Of a DNA stretch of 64,000 bases, positions 1-9,101 are shown in pieces. Below the pieces are notes generated by a model. That model did no database searches and was not told the origin of the DNA. It saw only the letters and a list, made by a program, of their open reading frames with translations. How positions within the stretch are numbered: position 1 is the stretch's first letter; each line of letters begins with the position of its first letter. The stretch comes from an uncultured Chloroflexia bacterium (GTDB lineage Bacteria > Chloroflexota > Limnocylindria > Limnocylindrales > CSP1-4). A program made the translations under genes and the position numbers. The stretch covers positions 156,833-220,832 of the forward strand of contig CAVWFY010000011.1 in assembly GCA_963754485.1 (NCBI GenBank). The letters are read 5' to 3'.

Positions 1-71
1 AGCGCCTCCGCGACGTCGAGGATCTCGTCGCGGCGGACGGCGTGCGAGACGGGGTTGAGCGTGCGTGCCAT
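1..71 (-). CDS. TetR-family transcriptional regulator, N-terminal fragment (gene runs off the window start)
   Basis: Minus-strand ATG at 69-71 gives MARTLNPVSHAVRRDEILDVAEAL..., a typical TetR HTH N-terminus; partial. Confidence 0.5.
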   Translation of the reverse strand, partial: MARTLNPVSHAVRRDEILDVAEA

Positions 72-84
72 CGTGTCCCAAATT

Positions 85-107
85 ATCCGACCGACTGTCG
101 GTCGGAT
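85..107. promoter_or_regulatory. Perfect 23-bp palindrome ATCCGACCGAC-T-GTCGGTCGGAT; candidate operator of the adjacent TetR
   Basis: Read directly; 11-bp arms with a single centre base, 14 nt upstream of the TetR start. Confidence 0.45.
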
Positions 108-157
108 TATAGGGCCATTGGGCAGCGGGCTGCATCCCCGGACGACCCTGGGCTGCG

Positions 158-1183
158 TCAGGTCGCCGGCCAGCCCCCGAGCTCGGCCAGGGTCGGCGGG
201 TTGGCGCCGGCCCGCCCGCATACGAAGGCGGACGCCCGCACCGCGAAGCGCACGGCCCGCATGACCGTGGCCGCATCACCAAGGCTGCCCGGTCCGATTC
301 CCTCGTGGACGAGGGAGGCCAGGAACGCGCCGCCGAAGGTGTCCCCCGCCCCGACGGTGTCCACCACGTCGACCGGCGGGGCGGTTACCTGCTCGGTCGC
401 GTTGCCGACGAGCACGCGGACCGGCCGGCTGCCGTCGGTCACGAGCACCACCGTGGGGCCGTGGGCCCTGACCCAGGCAGCGGCCGCCTCGGGGCTGTCA
501 CCCGGGCGCAGGTACGCGAGGTCCTCGGTGCTGGCCTTGACGATGTCCGCGCGGGCCATGATCCGGGTCATGCGGGCGCGCCAGGCGTCCGGGTTGCGGG
601 TGATGGACGGGCGGGCGTTGGGATCGAGCATCACGATGCGGTCCCGGGGCAGGGCAGAGGCGATGACCTCGAACGTCGATGCCATGGGCTCGAGGACCAG
701 CCCCAGCGATCCGGTCAGGAACGCGCGGGCAGACGCCGGGATCCCGCTCGCGAGCGGCCCGGGGAACACGTTCGGCGCGGACGTCGCCTCCGTGTAGAAC
801 CGGTACGAGGCGCTGCCGTCCGCGCCCAGCTCCGCGAGCGCCAGCGTCGTCGGCAGATCGGTTCGCTGCACGAGCTCGCGTCCCACGCCGTCGCCTGCGA
901 GGCCGTCCTCGAGCATCCGGCCGAACCGGTCGCTCGACAGGCCGCCGACCCACGACGCGGCCACCCCGAGCCGGGCGATCGCGCGCACCGAGTTGTAGGG
1001 GCTTCCTCCGGCGACGGAGACGATCTCTCCGTCGGGGCGCACGATCAGGTCGACGAGCGCCTCGCCCGCCACGACGATGAGGGGCGATACGGCGGTCGAG
1101 ATGGCGGAGGTGGTTGCTGCGCTCACCGGCCGATTATCGCAGCGCGCCCAGCCCGCCGTGGGTCCCCGCACGGGGCGCGACAT
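158..1183 (-). CDS. PfkB-family carbohydrate kinase (fructokinase/ribokinase-like)
   Basis: LIVVAGEALVDL N-terminal motif and DTVGAGDTFGGAFL C-terminal motif; the ORF track runs to 1240, and the internal Met at 1183 is the more plausible start. Confidence 0.8.
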   Translation of the reverse strand: MSRPVRGPTAGWARCDNRPVSAATTSAISTAVSPLIVVAGEALVDLIVRPDGEIVSVAGGSPYNSVRAIARLGVAASWVGGLSSDRFGRMLEDGLAGDGVGRELVQRTDLPTTLALAELGADGSASYRFYTEATSAPNVFPGPLASGIPASARAFLTGSLGLVLEPMASTFEVIASALPRDRIVMLDPNARPSITRNPDAWRARMTRIMARADIVKASTEDLAYLRPGDSPEAAAAWVRAHGPTVVLVTDGSRPVRVLVGNATEQVTAPPVDVVDTVGAGDTFGGAFLASLVHEGIGPGSLGDAATVMRAVRFAVRASAFVCGRAGANPPTLAELGGWPAT

Positions 1184-1193
1184 CCATGCAACG

Positions 1194-1685
1194 ATGTCGC
1201 CCGTGACGACCCCCGCACCGCTCCCGGCGCCCTTGGCCAAGTACTTCCAGGGCCGCGACGGCGTGGTCCAGCGCGTCCGCCTGGGCGCCTATGCCTGGTG
1301 CGAGCGCGGCGGGACCGTCCTGCTGACGCGGGTCTCGGCGAAGGGTCCCGGCGGCGGGCTGTGGACCCTCCCGGGGGGCGGGCTCAAGTTCGGCGAGGAC
1401 CCTGTGGCCGGCGTGACCCGCGAGGTGCGCGAGGAGACAGGCTACGACGTGACGCTGGGTGCGCTGGTCGGGATCCGGTCGGACGTCCTCGAGCCGGCCC
1501 AGACGATCAGCGGCCACCGGGTGCAGACGGTCGGGATCGTGTACCGCGGGACGATCGCGTCGGGCGAGCTGCTCGAGGTGTTCGAGGGCTCCACCGACGC
1601 GGCGGCGTGGATCGCGCTCGAGGACCTGGCCAGCCTGCCCTCCGTCGAGCTCCTCACGTGGGCGCGCGGGGTGGCCGGCCGCTGA
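1194..1685 (+). CDS. NUDIX hydrolase
   Basis: Nudix box GGGLKFGEDPVAGVTREVREETG; the start is chosen at MSPVTTP, diverging from the PfkB gene. Confidence 0.8.
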   Translation: MSPVTTPAPLPAPLAKYFQGRDGVVQRVRLGAYAWCERGGTVLLTRVSAKGPGGGLWTLPGGGLKFGEDPVAGVTREVREETGYDVTLGALVGIRSDVLEPAQTISGHRVQTVGIVYRGTIASGELLEVFEGSTDAAAWIALEDLASLPSVELLTWARGVAGR

Positions 1686-1730
1686 CGCCGGCGCCACCCC
1701 GTGGTGAGCCGGGTTCGATACCCTCGCGAG

Positions 1731-3617
1731 ATGTCCGACCAGCCCGCCTGGGAGCAGCGCTTCCGCACGCCCATCCTGTCCTTCCCCGCCTGGGCCGACG
1801 GTGATCCCGACCGCCTGGTGATCGCCTCCACGGAGAGCGGCTCGTACCAGCTCCACGCGTGGGACCGGCGCACCGGCGAGCGCCGCCAGGTCACGACCGA
1901 CCCCGTCGGCGTGCTGGAGGGGCGTCCGACGCGTGACGGCACCGGCGTCGTCTGGTTCCGCGACGAGACTGGCGACGAGACAGGTACCTTCGTGATCGCC
2001 CCGTTCGACGAGGACCTCGCCCCGGAGCCGCTGATGACCGGCCTCCCCAAGGGCTGGCCAGATGGGCTGGCGATCGGCCGTCGCCGGACGGTTGCCGCCA
2101 TCAGCACCGATACGGAGTTCTCCGTCTGGGTCTCGGACGACGGCGACGACGTGCGGCTGCTGCACACCCACGCCCAGCCCGTGCGGCTCGCGGCCGGGTC
2201 CGGGATGTCCGGGGCCGTTGACCGGGCGGCGCTGTCCGCGGACGACGCCGTGGTGGTGCTCGAGGTCATGGACGACGGTGACGTCCTGCATCCCTCGCTG
2301 CGGTCGATGGACGCCGTCACCGGCGAGACGCTCGCGGAGCTCAGGGACCCGGGCCTGGAGCTGGCCGGCTTCGGCTTCTCACCCGTCCCAGGCGACCTGC
2401 GCATGGCCATCACGCATGAGCGCATCGGCGAGCGACGTCCCGCACTGTGGCACGCGCGCACGGGCGAGCTCACCGAGCTCCCGGTCGACCTGCCCGGCGC
2501 GGTGGAGCCCGTGGGGTGGTGGCCCGACGGCGGTGCGCTCCTGCTCCTCGTGCTGCGGGAGGGTCGTCACCGGCTCTACCGGTACGAGGTGGCGACAGGC
2601 ACCACGACCCGTCTCGAGACGGAGCCCGGGTCCATCACCGCCGCCGCGGTGCGCCCGGACGGCAGCGTCTGGTACCGGGGACACAACGGCGTGCATCCCG
2701 CCCGGCTGCTCGAGACCGGCTCGGACGTGCCGCTCCTCGAGGCGGATGGGCCTGCCGCACTGGGCGGACGGCCGTTCGAGGCCTGGTGGTTCGAGAACCC
2801 GCGCGGACAGCGCGTCCATGGGTTCCTGGTCAGCCCGGACGGCGAGGGCCCGCACCCGGTGATGATGCGCGTCCACGGCGGCCCGCATTCTGTGGACATG
2901 GACCGCTGGGCGCCCGATGTCCTGGCCCACGTTGACGCCGGGTTCCTGGTCGCGATGGTCAACTACCGCGGCTCGGAGGGTTTCGGGCAGGAGTGGCGCG
3001 ACGCGCTCACCGGGAACATCGGCTTCCTGGAGCTCGAGGACGTCATCGCTGGGCTGGACGACATCGTGGCGCGCGGACTCGCAGACCCGGCGCGGGTCGT
3101 GCTGGCCGGCTGGTCCTGGGGCGGTTACGTCACCCTGCTCGGGGCGGGGCGGCACCCGGACCGCTGGGCCTCGCTGATCGCCGGGGTGCCGGTGGCGGAC
3201 TACGTCGCCGCATACGAGGACGAGGCGCCGATGCTCCAGGCACTGGACCGGGCGCTGTTCGGCGGGTCGCCCGCCGACGTGCCGGCGCTGTTCGCGGAGC
3301 GCAGCCCGCTCACCTACGTGGACGCGGTGGATGCGCCGCTGCTGATCCTCGCCGGGGAGAACGACTCGCGCTGCCCGATCCGCCAGGTCTGGAACTACGT
3401 GGGCCGGCTCCGGGAACGGGGCGTCTGGCCGCTCGTGTACACCTACGGGACCGGACACGCCTCGTTCGACATCGAGGAGCGGGTCCGCCAGACGGCGATC
3501 GTGCTGGACCACCTCGCGGCCACGGTGCCGGGGTCGGTGCGACTCGAGAACCTCGACGCGCACCTGGCGGCAGCGGGCATGACCCCGGCGACGGCGCCGG
3601 CTCAGGCGAACCGGTAG
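1731..3617 (+). CDS. S9-family serine peptidase (prolyl oligopeptidase / acylaminoacyl-peptidase-like)
   Basis: N-terminal beta-propeller-like region followed by a C-terminal alpha/beta hydrolase with GWSWGG nucleophile elbow; start taken at MSDQPAWEQRF. Confidence 0.8.
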   Translation: MSDQPAWEQRFRTPILSFPAWADGDPDRLVIASTESGSYQLHAWDRRTGERRQVTTDPVGVLEGRPTRDGTGVVWFRDETGDETGTFVIAPFDEDLAPEPLMTGLPKGWPDGLAIGRRRTVAAISTDTEFSVWVSDDGDDVRLLHTHAQPVRLAAGSGMSGAVDRAALSADDAVVVLEVMDDGDVLHPSLRSMDAVTGETLAELRDPGLELAGFGFSPVPGDLRMAITHERIGERRPALWHARTGELTELPVDLPGAVEPVGWWPDGGALLLLVLREGRHRLYRYEVATGTTTRLETEPGSITAAAVRPDGSVWYRGHNGVHPARLLETGSDVPLLEADGPAALGGRPFEAWWFENPRGQRVHGFLVSPDGEGPHPVMMRVHGGPHSVDMDRWAPDVLAHVDAGFLVAMVNYRGSEGFGQEWRDALTGNIGFLELEDVIAGLDDIVARGLADPARVVLAGWSWGGYVTLLGAGRHPDRWASLIAGVPVADYVAAYEDEAPMLQALDRALFGGSPADVPALFAERSPLTYVDAVDAPLLILAGENDSRCPIRQVWNYVGRLRERGVWPLVYTYGTGHASFDIEERVRQTAIVLDHLAATVPGSVRLENLDAHLAAAGMTPATAPAQANR

Positions 3618-4723
3618 CGGGCCTCCTCGCCTCGGCATCGCGGGCCACGCCCGTACCTGATCTCGCCCGCCGTGACGTCGGCGAGGCACCAGAAGGCGGT
3701 CGCGCTGCTCTCGGCGCCAGCGGCGTGGCGGCAGATGGACGGGCTGGTCGCGTGGTCCGCGAGGAACGCCGCCAGCTGCTCCGGGCCGATCGACCCGGGA
3801 GCCGGTCCCTCGCCCAGCGGCCCGTCCAGGAGCTCCAGGGCCCGCGCAAGACGCACGGCGGAGCGACGCGCGTAGTCGGGATCCCCCTCGTAGCGGCGCA
3901 TCCGGTCGCAGGCGTAGTGGTTGGTGTGGGCCAGCGTGCCGGCGGCCGACGGCGTCGTGACCTCGGCGTCCGTCGCGGAGCCCTCGATGTTCACCACTCG
4001 CCCGTCGCGATGCGCGAAGACCGTGTTGTACGAGGAGGCGCGGTCGGGCCGCAGGGCCATCGCCACCGCCTCGTCGAGGGTCCGCGCCGTGAGCTGCTCG
4101 CGGACCATGAGCAGCCGCGGGACGCCCACCCGCTCGTCGTTGGGCGCCAGCTCGTTGCCGGTGAGGGAGAGGCCCGCCGAGTTCCAGCCCACGCTGATCC
4201 ACGGCCCGATCCCCAGCGAGAAGACCACCGGCTCCCCGGGCACCCGCCACTCGATCGCGATCACCGAGGCCTCCGAGATCGGCGACAGGTCGTTGGTGTG
4301 GGCGACCCACACGTGGCCGTCCGGCGTGGCCGGCGGGGCGGCGACCATGTCGCTGCACCGGCCGTCGACGGTCACGCCGCCGGTCGCCTGTGACGGCCGA
4401 ACGGTCCAGATCTCCTCGACCGAAGCCGCGAACAGCGCCAGCGGGTCCGCCCCGGCGCCCTCGGCCGCCCCGTCGATCTCGTCGACCAGCCAGGGCGTGG
4501 CGGCAAGCGTCGCGTCCCGGTAGCGGGAGGCGAGGGCCAGCTGTTCGTCAAGAGACTGGCCCGGCGGCAGCACCTCGTCCCACGCCACGGCGTCGAACGA
4601 CGCTGCGTGGCGGAGGACGTCCCGGGTGGCGGCCCCGACCTGGCGCCCGACCTCGCGGTGCGAGCCCTCGACGACGAGGAACGGCAGGCCGCCTCGGGTC
4701 TCGATACCGCCGCGGGGCGCCAT
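3602..4723 (-). CDS. C45-family Ntn-hydrolase (acyl-CoA:6-APA acyltransferase-like peptidase)
   Basis: VEGSHREVGRQVG..., DGRCS (autoprocessing-site-like), NTVFAHRDGRVVNIEGSA and HTNHY; this is the C-terminal 373 aa of the 653-aa ORF, and the ATG at 4721-4723 lies 4 nt after the upstream S9 stop. Confidence 0.7.
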   Translation of the reverse strand: MAPRGGIETRGGLPFLVVEGSHREVGRQVGAATRDVLRHAASFDAVAWDEVLPPGQSLDEQLALASRYRDATLAATPWLVDEIDGAAEGAGADPLALFAASVEEIWTVRPSQATGGVTVDGRCSDMVAAPPATPDGHVWVAHTNDLSPISEASVIAIEWRVPGEPVVFSLGIGPWISVGWNSAGLSLTGNELAPNDERVGVPRLLMVREQLTARTLDEAVAMALRPDRASSYNTVFAHRDGRVVNIEGSATDAEVTTPSAAGTLAHTNHYACDRMRRYEGDPDYARRSAVRLARALELLDGPLGEGPAPGSIGPEQLAAFLADHATSPSICRHAAGAESSATAFWCLADVTAGEIRYGRGPRCRGEEARYRFA

Positions 4724-4727
4724 CAGG

Positions 4728-6893
4728 TCAGCGCCCGGCGCGGTTCCGCGGGGCCGGCGGGAGCCTGCGCGACCCCTTGACAAGGAAGTGGTCGAACCAG
4801 TCGCGGACCTGGACGAGGTTCTCCGCGCGCCGGAACGGGGCGCCGCCTCGCGTGAGCTCGTGGCTCTCGTCGGGGACGCGCATGAACCGGACCGGTCGCT
4901 TGAGCGACCGGAGGACCGTGAACAGCGCCTCGGCCTGGCCGACGGTGGTGCGCAGGTCGCGCTCCGCGTGCTGGATGAGCAGCGGCGTGTGCACGTTCGC
5001 GGCCAGCGACAGCGGTGAGATCGCGTGGAAGTAGTCCGCGTCCTCCCATGGGTTGCGCCCGAACTCCATCCTTGCCCACTCGCCGCCCGAGATGTCCCCG
5101 GTGAGGAACAGCGTCCGCATGTCGACGACGGAGCGGCACGTGACGGCGGCCTTGAACCGGCCGCTCTTGCCGATGATCCAGTTCGTGAGGTAGCCGCCGT
5201 AGGAGCCGCCCGTGACACCCAGGCGGTCGGGGTCGGCCAGCCCGTCCGCGATCGCCTGGTCCACCCCGGCGACAACATCGGCCATCGGGCCATCGCCCCA
5301 GTCGCCCAGGTTGGCCCGGTTGAATGCCTCGCCGTACCCCTCCGAACCGCGGGGGTTCGAGGCCAGGACGGAGATCCCGGCACCCGCGAGGACCTGCCAT
5401 TCGAGCATCGGGGACCAGCCGTAGAGCGTGTGGGGTCCGCCGTGGATCTCAAGCACCAGCGGGCGGGCTCCCGGGCCGCCCGGGAGCAGCCAGCCCTGGA
5501 TCTCGAACCCGTCACTCTCCCAGCGACGCTCCACGGGCTCGACCAGCGCCAGCTCCGCGGCAAGCTCGTCGTTAAGCCGCGTGACGGTGCGCGGCGCGGC
5601 GGCCGGTCCTCTCGCCGGGACGTCGAGGACGACGACCTCGGGCAAGGCAGTGCCGGCCGAGCGGATCGCGGCTACGAGGTCGCCTTTGCCCTGGGCGGCC
5701 GGACGGGCGTCCCAGCCGGCGAGGTAGTGGCGATCCGTCGTGAGGCGCACGGGCTGGCCACCGCCGGCGATCGCCACGCGCCACAGCTCCAGCGAGCCGT
5801 CCACGGGAGCCGTGAACAGGACGTGCGCCCCGTCCGCCGAGATCCTGATGGCCGGCTCGCCGCCGATCGTCACGTCGCTGTTCATCGCGGCATCCGGCTT
5901 GAGCTCGCTGTCGGCGAGGAGGTCCGTGCCTCCACCCGCGCCCGCGTCGGAGCCATCGGCGGCAAACCGCCAGATCCCCGTCCGGTAGCCGGACCGCGGG
6001 AAGCGGTCGCCGAGGGCGAGGATCGCGGAGCCGTCACGGGTCCAGACGGGGTTCGTGAAGGTGGCATCGGCGCCGCCGGCGATCGTCGTCACTGCGCCCG
6101 TAGCGGTGTCCACGACGTGGATCCCGGACCGCCAGTGAAGATCGGGGTCCGTCCGCCGGTTCGCGGCAAAGGCGATCCGCGTCCCGTCCGGCGACCACGC
6201 GGGCCCGGCCTCCGCCGACGGGCCGCTCACCAGGGCGCGTGCCGTGCCGCTGACCGCGTCCACGAGCCACAGGTGGCTCTCGCGGTCGTCCACGAACCCG
6301 GCTCCGTTGTACTGGTAGCCCAGGCGGTCGATGTAGCGGTAGTCGGATAGCGGCGTCTCGCCGGGCTTGGGCTTGGCCGGCCGTCCGCGACGGCGCTCGT
6401 CCTCCTTGGCCGTGGCGCCCAGGGAGCTGGTCAGGACGGCGAGCTGGGTGCCGTCCGGGGACCAGGCGAACTCGTCCACGCTGCGGGGCAGGTCCGTCAG
6501 GCGACGCGCCTCGCCGCCGTCGAGCGGCAGCAGGTGGACCTGGTCGCAGTCCTGGCGGTCCTTCACATCCCTGGGCCGGTCCGGCTCCTCCTCGATCAGC
6601 ACGCGGCGGTCCGAGATGAAGGCAAGGGTGCGCCCGTCGGGCGAGAACCGAGGGTGGCGGTCCGTGCGCCCGCCAATCGTCAGGCGCCGGGCGTCGGCGC
6701 TGCCGTCGGTCGGGGCCAGCCAGATCGCGTGACGGTAGCCGTCCCGGCCAACTGAGCTGCGCTTCACCGTGAAGGCCACGGTACGGCCGTCCGGGGAGCA
6801 ACGCGGCTCGAACGGGACGGCGAGGCGGTAGAGGTCATCAGGGCGCGCGGGGCGGGGCAACGGGGTCCTCCGGGTTGGCGCAGGGGGCGGCAT
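4728..6893 (-). CDS. S9-family serine peptidase with N-terminal TolB-like beta-propeller
   Basis: Repeated SPDG propeller motifs and a C-terminal GGSYGGYLT catalytic serine motif. Confidence 0.8.
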   Translation of the reverse strand: MPPPAPTRRTPLPRPARPDDLYRLAVPFEPRCSPDGRTVAFTVKRSSVGRDGYRHAIWLAPTDGSADARRLTIGGRTDRHPRFSPDGRTLAFISDRRVLIEEEPDRPRDVKDRQDCDQVHLLPLDGGEARRLTDLPRSVDEFAWSPDGTQLAVLTSSLGATAKEDERRRGRPAKPKPGETPLSDYRYIDRLGYQYNGAGFVDDRESHLWLVDAVSGTARALVSGPSAEAGPAWSPDGTRIAFAANRRTDPDLHWRSGIHVVDTATGAVTTIAGGADATFTNPVWTRDGSAILALGDRFPRSGYRTGIWRFAADGSDAGAGGGTDLLADSELKPDAAMNSDVTIGGEPAIRISADGAHVLFTAPVDGSLELWRVAIAGGGQPVRLTTDRHYLAGWDARPAAQGKGDLVAAIRSAGTALPEVVVLDVPARGPAAAPRTVTRLNDELAAELALVEPVERRWESDGFEIQGWLLPGGPGARPLVLEIHGGPHTLYGWSPMLEWQVLAGAGISVLASNPRGSEGYGEAFNRANLGDWGDGPMADVVAGVDQAIADGLADPDRLGVTGGSYGGYLTNWIIGKSGRFKAAVTCRSVVDMRTLFLTGDISGGEWARMEFGRNPWEDADYFHAISPLSLAANVHTPLLIQHAERDLRTTVGQAEALFTVLRSLKRPVRFMRVPDESHELTRGGAPFRRAENLVQVRDWFDHFLVKGSRRLPPAPRNRAGR

Positions 6894-6971
6894 ACGGGCG
6901 GGCGGGCGCCCTGGATCGGGGCCAGTCTATCCCCGGTTCCACGCCGGGCGAGGGGCTACCATCGACGCGCG

Positions 6972-7775
6972 ATGGCCGAGCAGCTCTCCCTCCAGCTCGA
7001 GCCGGCGATGCCGCGCTCCGGCGATGTGGCGCCCATGTGGCCGACCGCCCTCGCCGACCCGTTCGACTCGCCCGACTGGCTGTTCGAGCCCACCTGGGGC
7101 GGGCACCGGGTCCTCGCGTTCGTCGAGCCCGGGGCGACGGCGGGAAGCGGCACGGTGCGGGTCGTGGACGCGCGGGGCACGGAATTCGGGGAGCAGCTCC
7201 CGGAGCTGGCAGGGCTTGCCGTGCGGGTGGCAGCGCGGTCCGCGGTGCTCGACGGGGAGCTCGTCGTGGTGGACCCGCACGGCCGGGCCGACGACGAGGC
7301 CCTCCGCGAGCGCCTGTCCGGCCGGCCGGGACGGCCGGTCGCGTTCCTGGTCTTCGACCTGCTCCACCTCGACGGTCGCTGGCTCCTGGGCCAGGCCCTG
7401 GACAAGCGGCGCGCGGCCCTGCACAGGGTGCTGCGTCCGGGCGACGAGGTGGTCGTGGTGCCCGCGATCACGGGCGAGGGCCGGGCGCTCCACGCAGCCG
7501 TCTCGGCACAGGGGATCGCGGGTGTGCTCGCGCGCCGGCGCACGAGCCCCTACCTGCCCGGCGTCCGCAGCACGCTGTGGCGGTCGATCCTGGCCACGCC
7601 GCCCGGGGAGTCCTCCGCGCCGGAGAAGGCCGGCGCGCCAGGTGAAGGCGCCACGGGCGATGAGCCGGCGGGCGATCCGGCCGCCGCTTCGGCCACCGGC
7701 ACGGCGCCCGTCCTGGCGATGTTCCGGCGCCTCCCCTTCCCCGACGAACCCTCCGAGGACGGGCCGGGAGGCTGA
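6972..7775 (+). CDS. ATP-dependent DNA ligase-like nucleotidyltransferase-domain protein; motif I lysine absent; no OB domain
   Basis: FEPTWGGHR in place of KxDGxR; motif III AVLDGELVVVD and motif IV FLVFDLLHLDG present; 267 aa with a low-complexity tail. Confidence 0.5.
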   Translation: MAEQLSLQLEPAMPRSGDVAPMWPTALADPFDSPDWLFEPTWGGHRVLAFVEPGATAGSGTVRVVDARGTEFGEQLPELAGLAVRVAARSAVLDGELVVVDPHGRADDEALRERLSGRPGRPVAFLVFDLLHLDGRWLLGQALDKRRAALHRVLRPGDEVVVVPAITGEGRALHAAVSAQGIAGVLARRRTSPYLPGVRSTLWRSILATPPGESSAPEKAGAPGEGATGDEPAGDPAAASATGTAPVLAMFRRLPFPDEPSEDGPGG

Positions 7776-9101
7776 TCAGCTCCCGCGGACCGCGTGGAGG
7801 AACGTGCGCACCGTCGGCGGCTGCCCGTACATCAGGACACCGGCCCGGTAGACGCGGATCGCGAGCAGCGTGACCAGGGGCACCGTGGCGATCAGCAGCC
7901 CGAGCGAAAGCGCCAGCTCCCAGGGCTCCACCCGGCCGGTCGCCAGGCGGGCCATCATCACGAACGGGCTCCACAGCGGCACGTAGGACGCGAACTTGAT
8001 GAACCAGGAGGTGCTCCCGGACAGGGCGAGCACGGCGGGCAGGTAGCCCATGATGGCCGGGATCGAGAGCGGCAGGGCGACGATCTGCAGGTCTTCGGGG
8101 CGGCTGAGCAGCGAGCCCGCCCCGGCATACAGAGCCGCGTAGAGCGCGAACCCCAGCACGAAGTAGACGAGGAACGCCGCGATGAGTCCCGGGGACAGGC
8201 CCGCCATCGACGACGCGGCGGTCGGATCCTCGCCCAGCAGCATGTTGCCCAGCTGGCCGGACGCGACCACCATCATCAAGGCGGGCAGGAGGATGAGCGA
8301 CACCTGCGTCAGCCCCGCCAGGCCGATGCCCGCGATCTTGCCGACCACGAGCTGGGGTGCGGTCGCCGCGGAGATCAGCAGCTCCATCACCCGGCTCGCC
8401 TTCTCCGCCACGATCCCGGACGCGACCCACAGCCCGTAGAAGACGAGCGTCAGGAACGACAGCACGACGAACACGATGCCGACGATCCGCCGGCTCGCAT
8501 ACTCCGCGGTGTCGATCGCCTCGCCGCCCCCAGACGCCGCCGCACCGGCGTCCACCACGGCGAACGTCGGGGGCACGAACGGCCGGTCCGCCGCGGGCTG
8601 CGACGCGGTCCAGTCCAGGATTCCCACGGCGAACGACCCGACCTGGAGCAGCTGCGCCCGGTCCTGGCCCAGCCCGCCGACCGTGACCACCCGGAAGTCG
8701 AGCCCCCCTTCCGCGGTGCGCTCGATGAGGACCGCGCCGGCGACCAGCCCATCGCTCACCGCGTCGACGGCCGCGTCCCGGTCATCCATGCGCTCGAACA
8801 GGAAGGTCTTCTGCTCGCCAGCGGTGCTGTCCAGCTGGGCGTTGAGGAACCCGTCCATCACGCCCACGGCCCGCTGGCCCAGGTCCGGGTCCGCCGCCAC
8901 GACGGCCACCCGCGTCACGGTCGCCCGGTCCACGGCGCGGATCGCCAGCGGGATCAGTGCCATGACCATGGCGAGGCCGGCCATCAGGAGGGTCGAGAAC
9001 AGGAAGGCACGGGACCTGACGCGCTCCGTGTACTCCCGGCGCGCGACGAGGCCGACATTACGGGCGAGGGCGCCGCGGCCGGTCGGAGCCTCGTGCGTCA
9101 C
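7776..9101 (-). CDS. ABC-2 type transporter permease
   Basis: Multi-TM C-terminal part of the 926-aa ORF; GTG start at 9099-9101 overlaps the ATPase stop (GTGA). Confidence 0.75.
   Translation of the reverse strand: MTHEAPTGRGALARNVGLVARREYTERVRSRAFLFSTLLMAGLAMVMALIPLAIRAVDRATVTRVAVVAADPDLGQRAVGVMDGFLNAQLDSTAGEQKTFLFERMDDRDAAVDAVSDGLVAGAVLIERTAEGGLDFRVVTVGGLGQDRAQLLQVGSFAVGILDWTASQPAADRPFVPPTFAVVDAGAAASGGGEAIDTAEYASRRIVGIVFVVLSFLTLVFYGLWVASGIVAEKASRVMELLISAATAPQLVVGKIAGIGLAGLTQVSLILLPALMMVVASGQLGNMLLGEDPTAASSMAGLSPGLIAAFLVYFVLGFALYAALYAGAGSLLSRPEDLQIVALPLSIPAIMGYLPAVLALSGSTSWFIKFASYVPLWSPFVMMARLATGRVEPWELALSLGLLIATVPLVTLLAIRVYRAGVLMYGQPPTVRTFLHAVRGS

Noticed and set aside
42-797. 251-aa plus-strand ORF rich in Arg/Ala/Pro
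   Set aside because: Lies entirely antisense to the well-supported PfkB kinase gene; its composition is typical of a GC-rich shadow frame.
2379-4393. Long overlapping ORFs (659 aa minus strand and 466 aa plus strand) across the first S9 peptidase and the C45 genes
   Set aside because: Low-complexity R/G/P-rich translations with no motifs; they overlap strongly supported genes and are GC-rich frame artifacts.
4724-5563. N-terminal 280 codons of the 653-aa ORF 3602-5563
   Set aside because: S/R/T-rich shadow of the S9 peptidase gene in another frame; the real C45 gene starts at the internal ATG at 4721-4723.
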